Of a stretch of DNA of 34,603 nucleotides, positions 33,030-34,603 are shown piece after piece. The first letter of the stretch is position 1. Each line of letters opens with the position of its first letter. Source of the DNA: Chiloscyllium plagiosum (taxonomy: Eukaryota). The DNA is taken from positions 1,261,535 through 1,296,137 of the forward strand of contig NC_057746.1 in NCBI RefSeq assembly GCF_004010195.1, given 5' to 3'. The position numbers and the translations under genes are program-made. The notes under the pieces were generated by a model. The model made no database searches. It was not told the origin of the DNA and worked only from the letters and a program-made list of their open reading frames with translations.

Positions 33030-34603
33030 GAATCGCTACAGTGAAGAAAGGGGTCATTCATAGAGTCATACAGTCATAGAAGTGTACAGCATGGAAACAG
33101 ACCCTTCAGTCCAACCCATCCATGCCAACCAGATATCCAAACCCAAATCGAGTCCCACCTACCCTTGAGAACAGTGCAGCACAGTACAGGCCCTTCAGCC
33201 CTCAATGTGGTGGTAACATTTTATCCTACTCGAAGATCAAACTAACCTACACATCTTTCAATTTACTATTATCCATGTGCCTATCCAACAATTGCTTACA
33301 TGTCCCTAATGTATCTGACTCTACTACCATCGCTGGCAATGCATTCCATGCACCCACCACTCTCTGTGTAAAGAACCGACCTCTGACATCTCCCCTAAAC
33401 CTTCCTCCAATCACCTTAAAATTATGCTCCCTCATGATAGACATTTCTGCCCTGGGAATTCACTGTATCTATGCCTCTCATCATCTTGTACACCTCTATC
33501 AAGTCATCTCTCATCCTTCTTCGCTCCAATGAGAAAAGCCTCCTTCAACCTTTCTTCATAAGACCTGCCCTGTAGTCCAGGCAGCATCCTGGTAAATCTC
33601 CTCTGCACCCTCTCTAAAGCTTCTACATCCTTCCTATAATGAGGCTACCAGAACTGAACACAATATTCCAAGTGTGATCTAACCAGAGCTTTATAAAGCT
33701 GAAGCTCTTAAACTCAATCCGCCTGCTAATGGAAACCAACACACTGTATACCTTCTTAACAACCCTATCAACTTGGGTGGCAACTTTGAGGGATGTGGAT
33801 GTGGACCCCAAGATCCCTATGTTCATCCACACTGCCAAGAATCCTGCATTTAACCCTGTATTCTATATTCATAATCAACTTTCTAAAATGAATCCCTTCA
33901 CACTTTTCCAGATTGAACTCCATCTGCCACTTCTCCAGTTCCGCATCCTGTCAATGTCTCATTGCAACCTACATCAGCCCACCACACTATCCACCACTCC
34001 ACTAACCTTCCTGTCTTTGGCAAACTTAGTAACCCACCCTTCCACTTCCTCATCCAAGTCATTTATAAAATTCACAAAGAGCAGAGGTCCCAAAACAAAT
34101 CCCAGTGGAACACCACTGGTCACCAAGCTCCAGCCTGAATACTCTCCATCTAACACCCCCTTCTAACTTCTATAGGCCAGCAAATTCTGTATCTCGACAG
34201 CCAAATTTCCCTATATCCCATGACTCCTTACTTCGGACTGAGTCTACCATGTGGAACCTTATCAAATGCCGAGCTAAAATCCAAGTACACTACATCCAGT
34301 TCTCCACTTTCATCAATGTGTTTTGTCACATCCTCAAAGAATTCAATAAGGCTTGTGAGGCTTGTCCTGCCCCTGACAAAGCCATGCTGACTATCTCTAA
34401 TCAAACTATGATTTTCCAAGTAATCATAAATCCTATCTCTCAGAATCCTCTCCAATAATTTGCCCACCCTGCTGTAAGATTGACTGATCTGTAATTCTCA
34501 GGGATATCCTTATTCCCTTTCTTGAACAAGGAAATAACATTTGCCACCCTCCAATCAGCTGGCACTAGTGGACAGTGAGGATGCAAAGATCATTGTCAAA
34601 GGC
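33030..34603 (-). mobile_element. CR1 LINE (RT to 3' end) with additional CR1/SINE tail fragments at 33030-33165
   Basis: ORFs give SQHGFVRGR, YLDFSSAFDKVPHGRL, SGVPLGFVLGPLLF..FINDLD and FFTQRVVGAWNALP. Confidence 0.9.

Noticed and set aside
1-34603. Prokaryotic systems (CRISPR arrays, retrons, operons)
   Set aside because: The sequence is vertebrate. All RT fragments belong to CR1, Tx1, PLE or ERV elements, and there is no regularly spaced repeat-spacer array.

Overview
Eukaryotic (vertebrate) genomic DNA, almost certainly from a shark. The basis is HE1-type SINEs, shark-type CR1 and Penelope elements, and an exon resembling nurse-shark MHC class II alpha. The window has four N-gaps. Most of it is decayed retroelement DNA: several CR1 LINEs (one near full length with TSD, 28457-32667), a Tx1-clade LINE, a two-LTR epsilon/gamma-like endogenous retrovirus (12054-19214, degenerate tRNA-His PBS) that contains env plus LTR of a second ERV, a solo LTR, at least four Penelope-like elements (PLEs) and SINEs. 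The only host-gene sequence I can support is one intact 282-nt phase-1/phase-1 exon encoding an MHC class II alpha-2 (Ig C1) domain (26966-27247, +). Its neighbouring exons are not visible. The most notable hidden layer is a set of minimal hammerhead-ribozyme motifs from about four PLE families. It includes a ~125-nt non-autonomous hammerhead-bearing mini-element that inserts with a TSD and sits at most junctions of a complex inversion/duplication inside the ERV. Family assignments come from motif recognition only; no database searches were run.
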